From Candidatus Omnitrophota bacterium (GTDB lineage: Bacteria; Omnitrophota; Gorgyraeia; Gorgyraeales; Gorgyraeaceae), in contig JBHPHU010000005.1 of assembly GCA_042571405.1 (NCBI GenBank), positions 1 to 61,706 on the forward strand: DNA of 61,706 nucleotides, given 5' to 3'. Below the pieces are notes generated by a model, which worked only from the letters and a program-made list of their open reading frames with translations, was not told the origin of the DNA and did not search any database. Positions 47,531-57,288 of this stretch are shown here, piece after piece. The translations under genes and the position numbers were made by a program. Each line of letters opens with the position of its first letter. The stretch's first letter is position 1.

Positions 47531-48436
47531 GTGAATAATAAGCTTGTTGGCGCAGGTGTTGGTTTGGCCTTGATATTGATATTGATAGTTATTGTATTCA
47601 GTCCGAAGAATCAGGCTAAGATAGAGAAGTTGTCAGATCCTAGACCTGCAAAGGAGTTGATTACAAAGGATAACCCGGATGAGGTAGAGAAAAAGATAGC
47701 TGAGCTAGCGGGTAAAGATTCCAATTCAGCTGAGACAGGTAAGATTTATTTTGATCTCGCAAAAGCTTACGAAAAAAAAGGAGAGGTTGTTAAAGCAAGG
47801 GACGCATACCAGCTGATATTGAGCAAGCACCAGAATGTCGACAATATTCTTCAGGTTCAGGAAAGACTGGGCGCGCTTAATATGGAGATACTTTTCTCGC
47901 CTATTATTACGGATACTGATGTGCTCTATCAGGTCGAGCCGGGCGATAACCTTACAAAGATAGCAAAGAAATTCAAGACAACAATTGAACTTATAAAGGC
48001 TTCAAATTCACTAAAAAATAATACTATATTGGCCCATTCAAGGCTAAAGGTGTCGACTGCGAGATATAAGATCTTGATAGACAAATCTCAGAATCTTTTA
48101 ACTATTTTTTCCGGAGACGAAGATATAGTAAAGGTCTACCCTGTTTCAACAGGAAAAGATGGATGCACGCCAGTAGGAACTTTTACCATAGTAAACAGGA
48201 TGGAAGACCCTGTCTGGTACAAAGAGGGCGCTATGGTGCCTGCCGAGAGCCCTGAAAACATTCTTGGTTCGCGCTGGCTCGGGCTTTCTGAAAAAGGTTA
48301 TGGTATTCACGGGACGGTAGATCCAGGCAGTTTGGGGCAACAGGCTACGCAGGGATGCGTAAGGATGCTTAATGCCGACGTGGAGGAGCTATACAAGATT
48401 ATTCCGGTCGGGACACAGGTTACGATAGTAGAGTGA
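47531..48436 (+). CDS. L,D-transpeptidase with TM anchor, TPR and LysM domains
   Basis: YQVEPGDNLTKIAKKF LysM; YGIHGT...QGCVRM catalytic motif; GTG 47531 with AGGAG RBS. Confidence 0.9.
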   Translation: MNNKLVGAGVGLALILILIVIVFSPKNQAKIEKLSDPRPAKELITKDNPDEVEKKIAELAGKDSNSAETGKIYFDLAKAYEKKGEVVKARDAYQLILSKHQNVDNILQVQERLGALNMEILFSPIITDTDVLYQVEPGDNLTKIAKKFKTTIELIKASNSLKNNTILAHSRLKVSTARYKILIDKSQNLLTIFSGDEDIVKVYPVSTGKDGCTPVGTFTIVNRMEDPVWYKEGAMVPAESPENILGSRWLGLSEKGYGIHGTVDPGSLGQQATQGCVRMLNADVEELYKIIPVGTQVTIVE

Positions 48437-48444
48437 GATAGATT

Positions 48445-49398
48445 ATGGCAGGTGGATTGGATTTTGAAAAACCCATATTGGAACTGGAGCTAAAGATAGC
48501 GGAGCTAAAGTCTCTTGCGTCAGATGGCAGCATAAATCTTTCCGCGGAAATAAAGACGCTTGAAGCAAGGCTCGAGAAGGTCAAGAAAGATATCTTCAGC
48601 TCTCTTACGTCCTGGCAGAAAATACAGATTGCCAGGCATCCGAAAAGGCCGTATACCACTGACTATATCAGCATGATAATGGTGGATTTTGTTGAGCTGC
48701 ATGGCGATCGCATGTTTCAGGATGACAAGGCCATGATCGGAGGTTTCGCCAAGATAGATGGAGAAAAAGTCATGGTGATCGGACATCAAAAGGGCAGGGA
48801 CACAAAAGAGAATCTCATGAGGAATTTTGGCAGCGCTCATCCTGAGGGTTATCGCAAAGCAATGAGACTGATGAGGCTTGCTGAAAAGTTTAACACGCCT
48901 ATCGTGACCTTTATTGACACGCCCGGCGCATATCCTGGTATAGGCGCTGAAGAGCGGGGTCAGGCAAATTCCATTGCGCACAATCTGATGGATATGATAT
49001 CTCTAAAGGTACCTGTGATAGTGACAGTTATAGGAGAGGGTGGTTCAGGTGGCGCGCTTGGCATAGGTATAGGCGATAGGGTTTATGTTATGGAGAATGC
49101 GTATTATTCTGTGATATCTCCTGAGGGGTGCGCCGCAATTTTATGGAAAGACAGATTAAAGGCGCCTGAGGCAGCAGAGGTCTTAAAGCTTACCGCAAAG
49201 GATCTGATAGGACTTGAGATCATTGACGGAGAAATAGAAGAGCCCTTAGGGGGCGCGCATAGGGATCCTGAGAAGACTGCTCAGGCATTAAAAAAATGCA
49301 TAAAAAAGGCATTAAAGGAACTCAAGTCAGTCCCTGTAGATAAATTATTAGAGAAACGTTACGAGAAATTCAGAAACATGGGTAGTGTAAAAACTTAA
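48445..49398 (+). CDS. accA: Acetyl-CoA carboxylase carboxyltransferase alpha subunit
   Basis: [30 protein letters not shown] and GEGGSGGA motifs. Confidence 0.97.
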   Translation: MAGGLDFEKPILELELKIAELKSLASDGSINLSAEIKTLEARLEKVKKDIFSSLTSWQKIQIARHPKRPYTTDYISMIMVDFVELHGDRMFQDDKAMIGGFAKIDGEKVMVIGHQKGRDTKENLMRNFGSAHPEGYRKAMRLMRLAEKFNTPIVTFIDTPGAYPGIGAEERGQANSIAHNLMDMISLKVPVIVTVIGEGGSGGALGIGIGDRVYVMENAYYSVISPEGCAAILWKDRLKAPEAAEVLKLTAKDLIGLEIIDGEIEEPLGGAHRDPEKTAQALKKCIKKALKELKSVPVDKLLEKRYEKFRNMGSVKT

Positions 49399-49403
49399 CT
49401 TGG

Positions 49404-49491
49404 GCCGGAGTGGCGGAATTGGCTGACGCGCACGACTCAAAATCGTGTGAGGCGACCCCTCGTGTGGGTTCGACTCCCACCTCCGGCACCA
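49404..49491 (+). tRNA. tRNA-Leu(CAA)
   Basis: GCCGGAG/CTCCGGC acceptor stem, CACGA-CTCAAAA-TCGTG anticodon arm, long variable arm, TTCGACT loop and encoded CCA. Confidence 0.96.
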
Positions 49492-49567
49492 TGAACCACT
49501 CGCTAAGAATACAAGTTAAGTGATATCTTCGCTCGGGTTCATGGCAGGCCATTAGACACCGGGGCGT

Positions 49568-49618
49568 GCCCCGTTCCAAATTGCCCGATTTTAAGAATGG
49601 GGCAATTTGGAATGGGGC
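49568..49618. repeat. 19-bp inverted repeat overlapping the tRNA-Ala 5' end
   Basis: GCCCCGTTCCAAATTGCCC / GGGCAATTTGGAATGGGGC with one G-U pair. Confidence 0.8.
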
Positions 49619-49687
49619 TGTAGTGAAGCGGGATCACACGACAATGGCATTGTCGCATCACGGGTTCGATTCCCGTCAGCTCCACCA
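49614..49687 (+). tRNA. tRNA-Ala(GGC)
   Basis: GGGGCTG/CAGCTCC acceptor with G3:U70, CGACA-ATGGCAT-TGTCG arm (A32/U38), TTCGATT loop and encoded CCA. Confidence 0.95.
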
Positions 49688-49778
49688 CCCTACGTTCACA
49701 TGGGGCTATTCTTCGTAGCATACTTCGGGTGGCGAGCCACCTTTAGTCTTCGAAGCATGTTACAGGTGTAATAAGCTT

Positions 49779-52274
49779 ATGAGCGAATTTTATCCTTTTA
49801 AGAAAATCGAGAAGAAGTGGCAGAAGGCATGGGAGAGGCAGGGGCTTTTTAAGATGGACCCCGAGTCTTCCAAGGATAAGTATTATTGCCTGATGATGTT
49901 TCCGTATCCGTCTGCCTCATTGCATGTAGGACATGGCAGGAACTATATTATAGGAGATGTTGTAGCGCGTTACAAGATCATGCATAAGCTTAATGTCCTG
50001 GCGCCAATGGGCTGGGACGCGTTTGGTCTTCCCGCAGAAAATGCTGCTATAAAAAGCGGCATCCACCCCAAGATTTCTACATTAAATAATATAAAGACAA
50101 TGAAGAAACAGCTCAATGCCTGGGGCGTGGGGTATGACTGGGATAGAGAGATCGCTTCATGTATGCCTGATTATTACAAATGGACACAGTGGATATTTTT
50201 AGAGCTCTATAAAAAGGGCCTTGCCTATAAGAAAAAAGCTCAGGTCAATTGGTGCCCCTCTTGTCAGACAGTGCTTGCAAATGAGCAGGTAGTGGATGGC
50301 GCGTGCGAAAGGTGTTCCGCTGAAGTTGAGCTGCGTAGTCTCGAACAATGGTTTTTCAAGATAACTGATTACGCGCAGAGGCTTCTGGATGATTTGAGTC
50401 TGTTAAAGGATTGGCCGGAGCGGGTAAGGATCATGCAGAAGAACTGGATCGGCAGGAGCGAGGGCGTTGAGATAGATTTTAAGCTCGCAGATGATGGTCA
50501 AGGCGAAACCTCCGCCAGCTTAGCTGGCGGAGGTTTCGCCTTGACGTGTTTTACCACCAGGGTGGATACAATCTATGGCGCTACATATATGGTGCTTGCC
50601 GCGGAACATCCAATGGTTGAGGAGCTTATAAAAGGTTCTGATAAAGAAAATGATATAAAAAAATTCATCGCAGACGTTAAAAAGGAAAGTTTTACGGACA
50701 GGGTTTCAGCTACTGCTGAGAAAAAAGGCGTATTTACAGGCAGATTTGTCATAAACCCCGTGAATGGTAAAAAGATCCCGCTGTGGATTTCGAATTATGT
50801 GCTGATGGAATATGGTACAGGCGCGGTAATGGCAGTGCCTGCGCATGATGAGAGAGACTTTGAGTTTGCGAAAAAGTATGACTTAGAGATAGTGGTTGTG
50901 ATCGATAATCCAAAAGAGCGCCTTGATGCAAAGAGCATGAAACAGGCTTTTGTAGAAGAAGGGGTTATGGTGAATTCCAGCCAATTCAATGGCCTGCCAA
51001 GTCTTGAGGCAATTGAAAAAATCTCAGATTATATGGAAAAAGAAAAGATAGGAAGAAGAAAGATCCATTATAAACTGCGAGACTGGCTTATCTCCAGGCA
51101 AAGGTATTGGGGCGCGCCCATACCTATGGTGTATTGTGAAAAATGCGGCATACAGCCGGTAGATGAAAAAGATCTTCCGGTTCTTTTGCCTGAAAAGGTT
51201 AAGTTTAAACCTCGTGGTGAATCGCCATTAAAAGATGCGGAGAGTTTTGTCAATACAAAATGCCCTAAATGTAAATCCAAAGCTCGACGAGAAATCGACA
51301 CAATGGATACATTCGTGGATTCTAGCTGGTATTTTCTGAGATTCTTATCTCCAAAAAACAACAAAAATCCTTTTGATAAAGAATTAGTCAATAAGTGGCT
51401 TCCTGTAGATCAATATATCGGAGGCGTGGAACATGCGATTCTGCATTTAATGTATTCAAGATTTATCGTAAAGGTGCTTCATGACTTGGGTCACGTGGGT
51501 TTTAAAGAACCATTCGCCAAACTCTTTACACAGGGGATGATCGTAAAAGACGGCGCAAAGATGTCCAAGTCAAAAGGCAATGTCGTGAGTCCTGACGCGC
51601 TTATAGAGAAATACGGCGCGGACACAGTGAGGTTTTACACATTGTTTATCGGCCCGCCTGAAAAAGACGCGGAGTGGAATGATCGCGGCGTCGAAGGCGC
51701 GTGGAGGTTTCTTAACCGAGTGTGGCGACTTGTGGAACGGGATACGGGGAACGGGATACGGGGAACGGGGGATGGAAATAAAATTTCATCTCTTAAGCGA
51801 AAGACACATTTTACTATTAAAAAAGTTACAGAAGATATAGAAGGCGCTTTTCATTTCAATACAGCATTAAGCGCGATAATGGAATTAGTAAATGAGATTT
51901 ATTCTATCCCGAATCCCGAATCCCGAATCCCGAATCCCGAATTAAAAAAAGCCATAGAAACAGTCGTGATCCTCCTTGCGCCTTTTGTGCCGCATATTGC
52001 TGAGGAGATGTGGGAGATATTAGGGAATAAAAAGAGCGTATTTGAAGCAGACTGGCCGGGATATGACGAGGCTGCGCTTGTTCAGGATAGGATCACCATG
52101 CCGGTTCAGGTAAATGGCAGGGTGCGCTCAAGGATAGAAGTTGGATCAAGCGCGGATGAAGAAGAGATAAAAAAGATTGTCATGGAAGATCCCCTGGTTA
52201 GTAAATGGACCCAAGGCAAACCACCCAAGAAAATTATTGTTGTAAAAGGAAGATTAGTAAATCTCGTGGTATAA
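49779..52274 (+). CDS. leuS: Leucine-tRNA ligase
   Basis: MFPYPS..LHVGH, GTGAVMAVPAHDERD, DWLISRQRYWG and KMSKSKGN motifs. Confidence 0.98.
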   Translation: MSEFYPFKKIEKKWQKAWERQGLFKMDPESSKDKYYCLMMFPYPSASLHVGHGRNYIIGDVVARYKIMHKLNVLAPMGWDAFGLPAENAAIKSGIHPKISTLNNIKTMKKQLNAWGVGYDWDREIASCMPDYYKWTQWIFLELYKKGLAYKKKAQVNWCPSCQTVLANEQVVDGACERCSAEVELRSLEQWFFKITDYAQRLLDDLSLLKDWPERVRIMQKNWIGRSEGVEIDFKLADDGQGETSASLAGGGFALTCFTTRVDTIYGATYMVLAAEHPMVEELIKGSDKENDIKKFIADVKKESFTDRVSATAEKKGVFTGRFVINPVNGKKIPLWISNYVLMEYGTGAVMAVPAHDERDFEFAKKYDLEIVVVIDNPKERLDAKSMKQAFVEEGVMVNSSQFNGLPSLEAIEKISDYMEKEKIGRRKIHYKLRDWLISRQRYWGAPIPMVYCEKCGIQPVDEKDLPVLLPEKVKFKPRGESPLKDAESFVNTKCPKCKSKARREIDTMDTFVDSSWYFLRFLSPKNNKNPFDKELVNKWLPVDQYIGGVEHAILHLMYSRFIVKVLHDLGHVGFKEPFAKLFTQGMIVKDGAKMSKSKGNVVSPDALIEKYGADTVRFYTLFIGPPEKDAEWNDRGVEGAWRFLNRVWRLVERDTGNGIRGTGDGNKISSLKRKTHFTIKKVTEDIEGAFHFNTALSAIMELVNEIYSIPNPESRIPNPELKKAIETVVILLAPFVPHIAEEMWEILGNKKSVFEADWPGYDEAALVQDRITMPVQVNGRVRSRIEVGSSADEEEIKKIVMEDPLVSKWTQGKPPKKIIVVKGRLVNLVV
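50497..50545. repeat. Perfect 24-bp-arm palindrome in frame in leuS
   Basis: GTCAAGGCGAAACCTCCGCCAGCT-T-AGCTGGCGGAGGTTTCGCCTTGAC. Confidence 0.95.
51734..51942. repeat. Pair of mutually complementary 7-bp tandem arrays in leuS
   Basis: (GGAACGG/GATACGG)x5 at 51734-51768 and (ATCCCGA)x5 at 51906-51940. Confidence 0.88.
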
Positions 52275-52280
52275 TGAAAC

Positions 52281-52347
52281 TGGACCCGCCAAAAAGCTTG
52301 GCGAGGTCTGCGCAAAATCTAGCCTTCGGCTGGATTTTGCTCGACAT
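52281..52347 (+). repeat. Double-hairpin element family C, intergenic
   Basis: GACCCGCCA..TGGCGAGGTC plus GCAAAATCTAGCC-TTC-GGCTGGATTTTGC; fills the gap between leuS and the next ATG. Confidence 0.92.
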
Positions 52348-53520
52348 ATGATAAAAAAGATTATTTTTGTTATCATTGTTCTATCGCATTTCGCAGTTAC
52401 TTTCCTGTACGCAGATACTATCCATTTAAAAAACGGTAACAAGGTTTCCGGCATCATTGCTAAAGAGGATGATGACAATGTCCAGATAAAGATAAACATC
52501 GGAGCCATAGTTACATTTTCACAAGAAGACATAAAAAACATAGAAAGAGATTCCGGCGACGCGCACGTTGAAATGAAAAAATCCTGGGAGAATGAAAAGT
52601 CAGAAAGGGAAGTAGCAGACGTTGATACGGAAGCAAAAAAAGAGAAAGGTCTTGTTGAATATGAAGGCAAGTGGATCACGCCCGAGGAAAGAGAAAGACT
52701 CCAGGCAGCAAGTATAGCCGGAGGCGTAAAGAAAGAAGAGAAAAAAAGAAGATTTTCATTTGACGACGATAAAGAAAAAAGGTCTGATTTTGCGACCAAG
52801 CTCTTACGGAAAGGGAAATGGTTTCTTAAAGAGACAGAGCATTTTTCCATATTCTACACAGACCTGGCTCAGGCAAAGATAGTAAGCGACAAGGCAGAAT
52901 ACTATTTTGAGAAGATAGTGTATGACCTGGGTTACGAAGACCGGATAAAGTGGAGGACAAAATGCCAGGTATATATCGTCGAAAGTATTGATCAATGGAA
53001 GAGTTTTTTAAAAAAGATAGGGTTTAATCCGGAGCTGGTAGGGGGCTTTGTCCCAAATTATAAAGAAAGGGAAATGTTTCTATGCGTGCTTTCTGACGGA
53101 TATCTGGCAGTGACGTTCCCGCATGAATTAACGCATCTTATATTCAGGGATATAGCTGATAAGAGCACTATCCCATTATGGCTAAACGAGGGCCTTGCTA
53201 ATTATGAGGCCAGCGTAACCAGTATCTCCAACGACCTTCTCGTAAAATACATAAAAGAAGGGACTCACGTACTGCTAGGCGACTTATTGCGCATTGGCAC
53301 TTATCCTGAAGGAAAAAAGATGCGGGAGCTTTTTTACGCACAGTCAGAGAAACTGGTGGAGTTTCTCATTACTCAGCAGGGCAGAAAAAAATTCAGGAGA
53401 TTTTGCGATCTAATACTAAAGGACCGTTCTTTTAAGGATTCACTTTTTATGGCGTATAAAGGGGATTTTGAGGATCTGGAAGATTTTAATATTAAATTAG
53501 TGGAATATATTGTAAAATGA
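52348..53520 (+). CDS. Exported gluzincin (peptidase MA-like) protein
   Basis: Signal peptide, DTIHLKNG..GII N-domain, GLVEYEGKW and HELTH..PLWLNEGLA. Confidence 0.75.
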   Translation: MIKKIIFVIIVLSHFAVTFLYADTIHLKNGNKVSGIIAKEDDDNVQIKINIGAIVTFSQEDIKNIERDSGDAHVEMKKSWENEKSEREVADVDTEAKKEKGLVEYEGKWITPEERERLQAASIAGGVKKEEKKRRFSFDDDKEKRSDFATKLLRKGKWFLKETEHFSIFYTDLAQAKIVSDKAEYYFEKIVYDLGYEDRIKWRTKCQVYIVESIDQWKSFLKKIGFNPELVGGFVPNYKEREMFLCVLSDGYLAVTFPHELTHLIFRDIADKSTIPLWLNEGLANYEASVTSISNDLLVKYIKEGTHVLLGDLLRIGTYPEGKKMRELFYAQSEKLVEFLITQQGRKKFRRFCDLILKDRSFKDSLFMAYKGDFEDLEDFNIKLVEYIVK

Positions 53521-53539
53521 AGAGAGAGAGGGGGCTAAA

Positions 53540-53896
53540 ATGAGAAGTGTATTATTTGTTATTTTATTTGCAGTAGTCTTATCTGGTTGTGCGGATGTGA
53601 AGACGCCTACCGCGCAGTATGCATTGACCCATCCTCTTAGCACAAAGACGATGGTTCTTTCAGGCACCAGCAAAGAAGAGGTGATCGAGAAGTGGGGTGA
53701 GCCCAGTGACACAATAGACATGGGCTTTGATGACACAGGACTCAAGAGAGAGGCATGGGTATATGAGGCGTGGTTTCCTAATGTACCGATTGATCACAGG
53801 CATTTTTCAAGAAGGAAAAAGATTTATTTCGTAGGAAATCATGTCACGAGCTATGAAGACATAGAAGAGATGGGGGATGCAAATGAAGAAAATTAG
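53540..53896 (+). CDS. Small lipoprotein, SmpA/BamE-like fold
   Basis: Lipobox LSGC; G.SKEEVIEKWGEP...E.WVY. Confidence 0.65.
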   Translation: MRSVLFVILFAVVLSGCADVKTPTAQYALTHPLSTKTMVLSGTSKEEVIEKWGEPSDTIDMGFDDTGLKREAWVYEAWFPNVPIDHRHFSRRKKIYFVGNHVTSYEDIEEMGDANEEN

Positions 53897-54356
53897 AAAG
53901 GTTGCAGCGGTTATAGTTTTTGTCATTTTCTCTTTTTGCAATATTTCCTATTCCGCTGATGATGAAGCCATTAAAGCGGAGACAAAGAAATACATAGAAA
54001 GGGTTAACCCTGTGTTGGCAGATGTGGACACTACTTATAGAAATGTGAGCATGAAAGTATTTCCTCTGAAAAAGGGAGCCAAGAACATGCAGGGTTATAT
54101 AAATGCCCTGAATTCTATTACTCCTCCGGAAGCCATGAAGAAGCAGCATAGAATGATTTTATTGGCTTTTAAGAAATTAAGGATGGCGTATTATCTATTA
54201 TCTGACGGAGACAGGGAAACTTCTCTTCCTCTGGTTAAAAAGGTTAGTGAGCTATTAAGGTTGGCAGTAAAGGATATAAAGGATTTTGTCCAAAGAGAAG
54301 GTCTTGTTAATACCGATAGAGAGACAGAAGATGATAAAGAAAGGAGCGCCAGATGA
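53883..54356 (+). CDS. Exported helical hypothetical protein
   Basis: Signal peptide ending SYS; overlaps both neighbours. Confidence 0.65.
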   Translation: MKKIRKVAAVIVFVIFSFCNISYSADDEAIKAETKKYIERVNPVLADVDTTYRNVSMKVFPLKKGAKNMQGYINALNSITPPEAMKKQHRMILLAFKKLRMAYYLLSDGDRETSLPLVKKVSELLRLAVKDIKDFVQREGLVNTDRETEDDKERSAR

Positions 54357-55015
54357 AATATCTAATTGTAATTATGATTTTATGTTTTATGTCCATGGTC
54401 ATTGACGCCGGGATTTCCTGTAGTGCCGACGATAGGATGTACCAACCTTCTGCTCAGGCCGCTCAACCTCAGCAGCTGTCAACCCAAAAGCCCATAATGC
54501 CGTCAGTCAGTCCTGCCGGCTCATACGGGGCGGCACCTACGCCTTCTCCTAATGTATCAACACCGTCTGTTTCAACTGGTAGGATTGACATGCAATCCCA
54601 ATCTCAAACATCTATGAGTATTCAGCAAACTGCGCAGGGCACATCGCAGCATTCTTACGATTTACAGGCAGCAGGTCCTATATACTTTCCCGGAACTGTT
54701 ATGGGGAATTCTTTTGGAAAGGTAGTAGATATGGGCGTAGGAAAGGATAAGATACCGTGGATAGAACTGGAGGATGGATTGTTTAATGCTGGAAAATTGA
54801 AGATAAAAGTCAAGGATGTTGCGAATACTACAGTAGTAAAAGATGAAATCCTGGCGAGTTTAGACGATATAAAAATAGGCGATACAGCCAATATTATTTT
54901 TAGCCAGGACGGAGAGGACTTGACGGCAAGTTTTATAGGCATTATGACCGAAGACGCCGTGAAGAACCTAAGAGATATGTCCGAAGAAAAAAAAGATAAT
55001 AAGGCTAGTGAGTAG
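54353..55015 (+). CDS. Exported protein with an S/T/P/Q-rich linker and OB-like C-terminal domain
   Basis: Signal peptide, low-complexity region and LDDIKIGD motif. Confidence 0.65.
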   Translation: MKYLIVIMILCFMSMVIDAGISCSADDRMYQPSAQAAQPQQLSTQKPIMPSVSPAGSYGAAPTPSPNVSTPSVSTGRIDMQSQSQTSMSIQQTAQGTSQHSYDLQAAGPIYFPGTVMGNSFGKVVDMGVGKDKIPWIELEDGLFNAGKLKIKVKDVANTTVVKDEILASLDDIKIGDTANIIFSQDGEDLTASFIGIMTEDAVKNLRDMSEEKKDNKASE

Positions 55016-55031
55016 AATTTTTTAATATATC

Positions 55032-55370
55032 GTGCTAGAGATATCAAGATCCGAAAGAAGTCTTATCTTAATATTGCTTCTTGCTGGTCTGCTTTGCGCA
55101 GGCCTTTCTTATTATTTAAAAGTAACTAATAGCTCTTGCCAGTCGGAGATAATCAATATCGAAGAACCTCTATTTTTAATAAATATCAATACAGCCAGCG
55201 CGCTAGAACTTGAGCGTTTACCAGGTATAGGTCCTATCCTGGCAGGGGATATAGTAGCCTATAGGCAAAATACAGGCGGATTCAAAAAAATCACAGAACT
55301 TAAAAACATAAAAGGCATAGGCGATAAGAAGCTTGAGAAGATAAAGGATCATGTAACTATAACTAAATAA
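55032..55370 (+). CDS. comEA: ComEA-like helix-hairpin-helix DNA receptor
   Basis: N-terminal TM; ININTAS..EL..LPGIG...IKGIG.K. Confidence 0.88.
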   Translation: MLEISRSERSLILILLLAGLLCAGLSYYLKVTNSSCQSEIINIEEPLFLININTASALELERLPGIGPILAGDIVAYRQNTGGFKKITELKNIKGIGDKKLEKIKDHVTITK

Positions 55371-55404
55371 AATAACTTTACAACAGGTTGAGGGGGGGCA
55401 AACA

Positions 55405-57249
55405 TTGAAAGCATATGATAAGCAAATGAGCAAGCAGAGAGTAAAAAACATCTTAGAAACTTTAAAGAATGAAGATTTCAGTGGCCAGCTAAAAAGGCTT
55501 TACGGTAAGTCTTATGAAGAAGCGAAGCAGTTAAATTCTTCAAAAATGGCTAAGGTTGGTTTTGAGACTAAAAAAGATGGTTCTAAGGTGAATCGTCTGG
55601 GCTGGAGCATTGAAAATATTAAGTGGCTGCTTGATAATCCCGATAAGATAGCTCAGGTTAAAAAAGATGCTGATATTATAAGGGAGAGAAGCAAATATGT
55701 GATCTTCTGCGGCATGGGAGGTTCTGGCTTGGGCGTGGAGGTGACTAAGACTACATTTGGGGAGAAAGAGGTAAAGATTTATAGTCTCAGGACAACCTCG
55801 CCTGAAGCAATAAAGTATATCCTGGAGGACATAGCAAAAGATGCTGGCAGTCTTGAAGCTGCGCTTGCCCTACTTGACGTCGTAGTTATCAGTAAATCAG
55901 GCACTACAAAAGAAACGGTTTCTCATAAAGAGTTTTTTGAAGGAGTCTTTAATAAATTTCCACAGATTGATATAAAAGAACATATGTGGGTCATAACGGA
56001 TAAAGGTTCGCCCATGGATACAGGTGACTATCCGCAGAGACCGATACAGCTTAATGATAAAGGGGATATAGGAGGCAGATATACTTCGCCTTCTACGTAC
56101 ATATTTCTTCTTCCGCTTGCGCTTGTCGCTCCGGAAAAAGTGGAGAAAATCCTCAGGTTGGCAGTGACCATGAATGAAATCGAAGACATAGAAAAAGATA
56201 TTTATATAACCCTGGGCGCTTATGGTTATCACATGGCTGCTGAATTAGGCAAGGATAAACTGACTGCTATGTTTCCGGAAGAATTGCGGGATGTACCTAT
56301 GTGGGGTGAGCAGCTTCTTGAGGAATCTGATGGGAAAGACGGTAAAGGAATTACTTTATTTTACGGAGAAGATATCTCAATGGCGTCTCTTAAACCTGTT
56401 GAAGAAAATGACAGGGTGTTCTTAAGGTTCAATATAGGCGGCAAGAAGACCAATGATAAATTATGGAAATACCTGGAAGAGAAAGGGTATCCTGTATTTG
56501 AAATAGACGTGGATGGCATAGATTCAATAGGCGGCGTAATGCTTGGTCTTCAGAGAGCCGTGGCCACAGTGGGCTATCTCTGGGATATTTGCTTTGTTGA
56601 CCAGCCGGCAGTGGAAGGATATAAGATTTCTACGAGAGAAGTAATGGACGGGTTAAAACCAAACGAAAAAGTAACAATTCCTAAAGAATGGCATTACATT
56701 TCTTTTAATAAGATCAGGCTATATTATGATCGGCTGATAGAAGCCGGGGTTTTTACGTTAAAAGAGCTAAAGGATGAGGTTAGATTGATTGATTCTGACA
56801 TGGAGGATGCGCCTGCTGTATATGCGTCGATACTTAAAATATTGGTTTCAAAACCTGGATTTGAGGCAAAAGAGCTGGGGTTTTACGGTAGTATGACAAA
56901 AAACATGAAGGCTATCTTGCAAGAGGCAAGGACAAATATTTTTACAAACGGCCTTAATATACCTTCCAAGCTTGGAGAAGGTCCTGACAAGAATCATTCT
57001 TATCACCAGAATATAAAAGACGGGAAAAATATGTGGCTTTCGACATATTTTATGCCCCTTATTATGCAGCAGCCGGATGTGCTGGAGTACGATGATAATC
57101 TGATAAAAGCGCAGACCATAGGTACGACAAATGATCTTGTAAAAGTAAGACGCAAGGCCTTACTTATCGCATTTGATTCAACTACAGAAGAAGCTGCGCC
57201 GGATGTGAATTCATTTTTCAAAGAAGTAGAAAAATATCTGTCAGAATGA
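55405..57249 (+). CDS. pgi: Glucose-6-phosphate isomerase-family protein (double SIS)
   Basis: RLGW, GMGGSGL, SKSGTTKET, ITD.GS, IGGRY, EQLLEESDGK and DQPAVEGYK motifs. Confidence 0.75.
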   Translation: MKAYDKQMSKQRVKNILETLKNEDFSGQLKRLYGKSYEEAKQLNSSKMAKVGFETKKDGSKVNRLGWSIENIKWLLDNPDKIAQVKKDADIIRERSKYVIFCGMGGSGLGVEVTKTTFGEKEVKIYSLRTTSPEAIKYILEDIAKDAGSLEAALALLDVVVISKSGTTKETVSHKEFFEGVFNKFPQIDIKEHMWVITDKGSPMDTGDYPQRPIQLNDKGDIGGRYTSPSTYIFLLPLALVAPEKVEKILRLAVTMNEIEDIEKDIYITLGAYGYHMAAELGKDKLTAMFPEELRDVPMWGEQLLEESDGKDGKGITLFYGEDISMASLKPVEENDRVFLRFNIGGKKTNDKLWKYLEEKGYPVFEIDVDGIDSIGGVMLGLQRAVATVGYLWDICFVDQPAVEGYKISTREVMDGLKPNEKVTIPKEWHYISFNKIRLYYDRLIEAGVFTLKELKDEVRLIDSDMEDAPAVYASILKILVSKPGFEAKELGFYGSMTKNMKAILQEARTNIFTNGLNIPSKLGEGPDKNHSYHQNIKDGKNMWLSTYFMPLIMQQPDVLEYDDNLIKAQTIGTTNDLVKVRRKALLIAFDSTTEEAAPDVNSFFKEVEKYLSE

Positions 57250-57288
57250 GAATAAGAGACGTCTTCACTGTCCTGTAAGAATATATCA

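Noticed and set aside
49370-49721. Two short - strand ORFs
   Set aside because: They are antisense translations of the tRNA genes.
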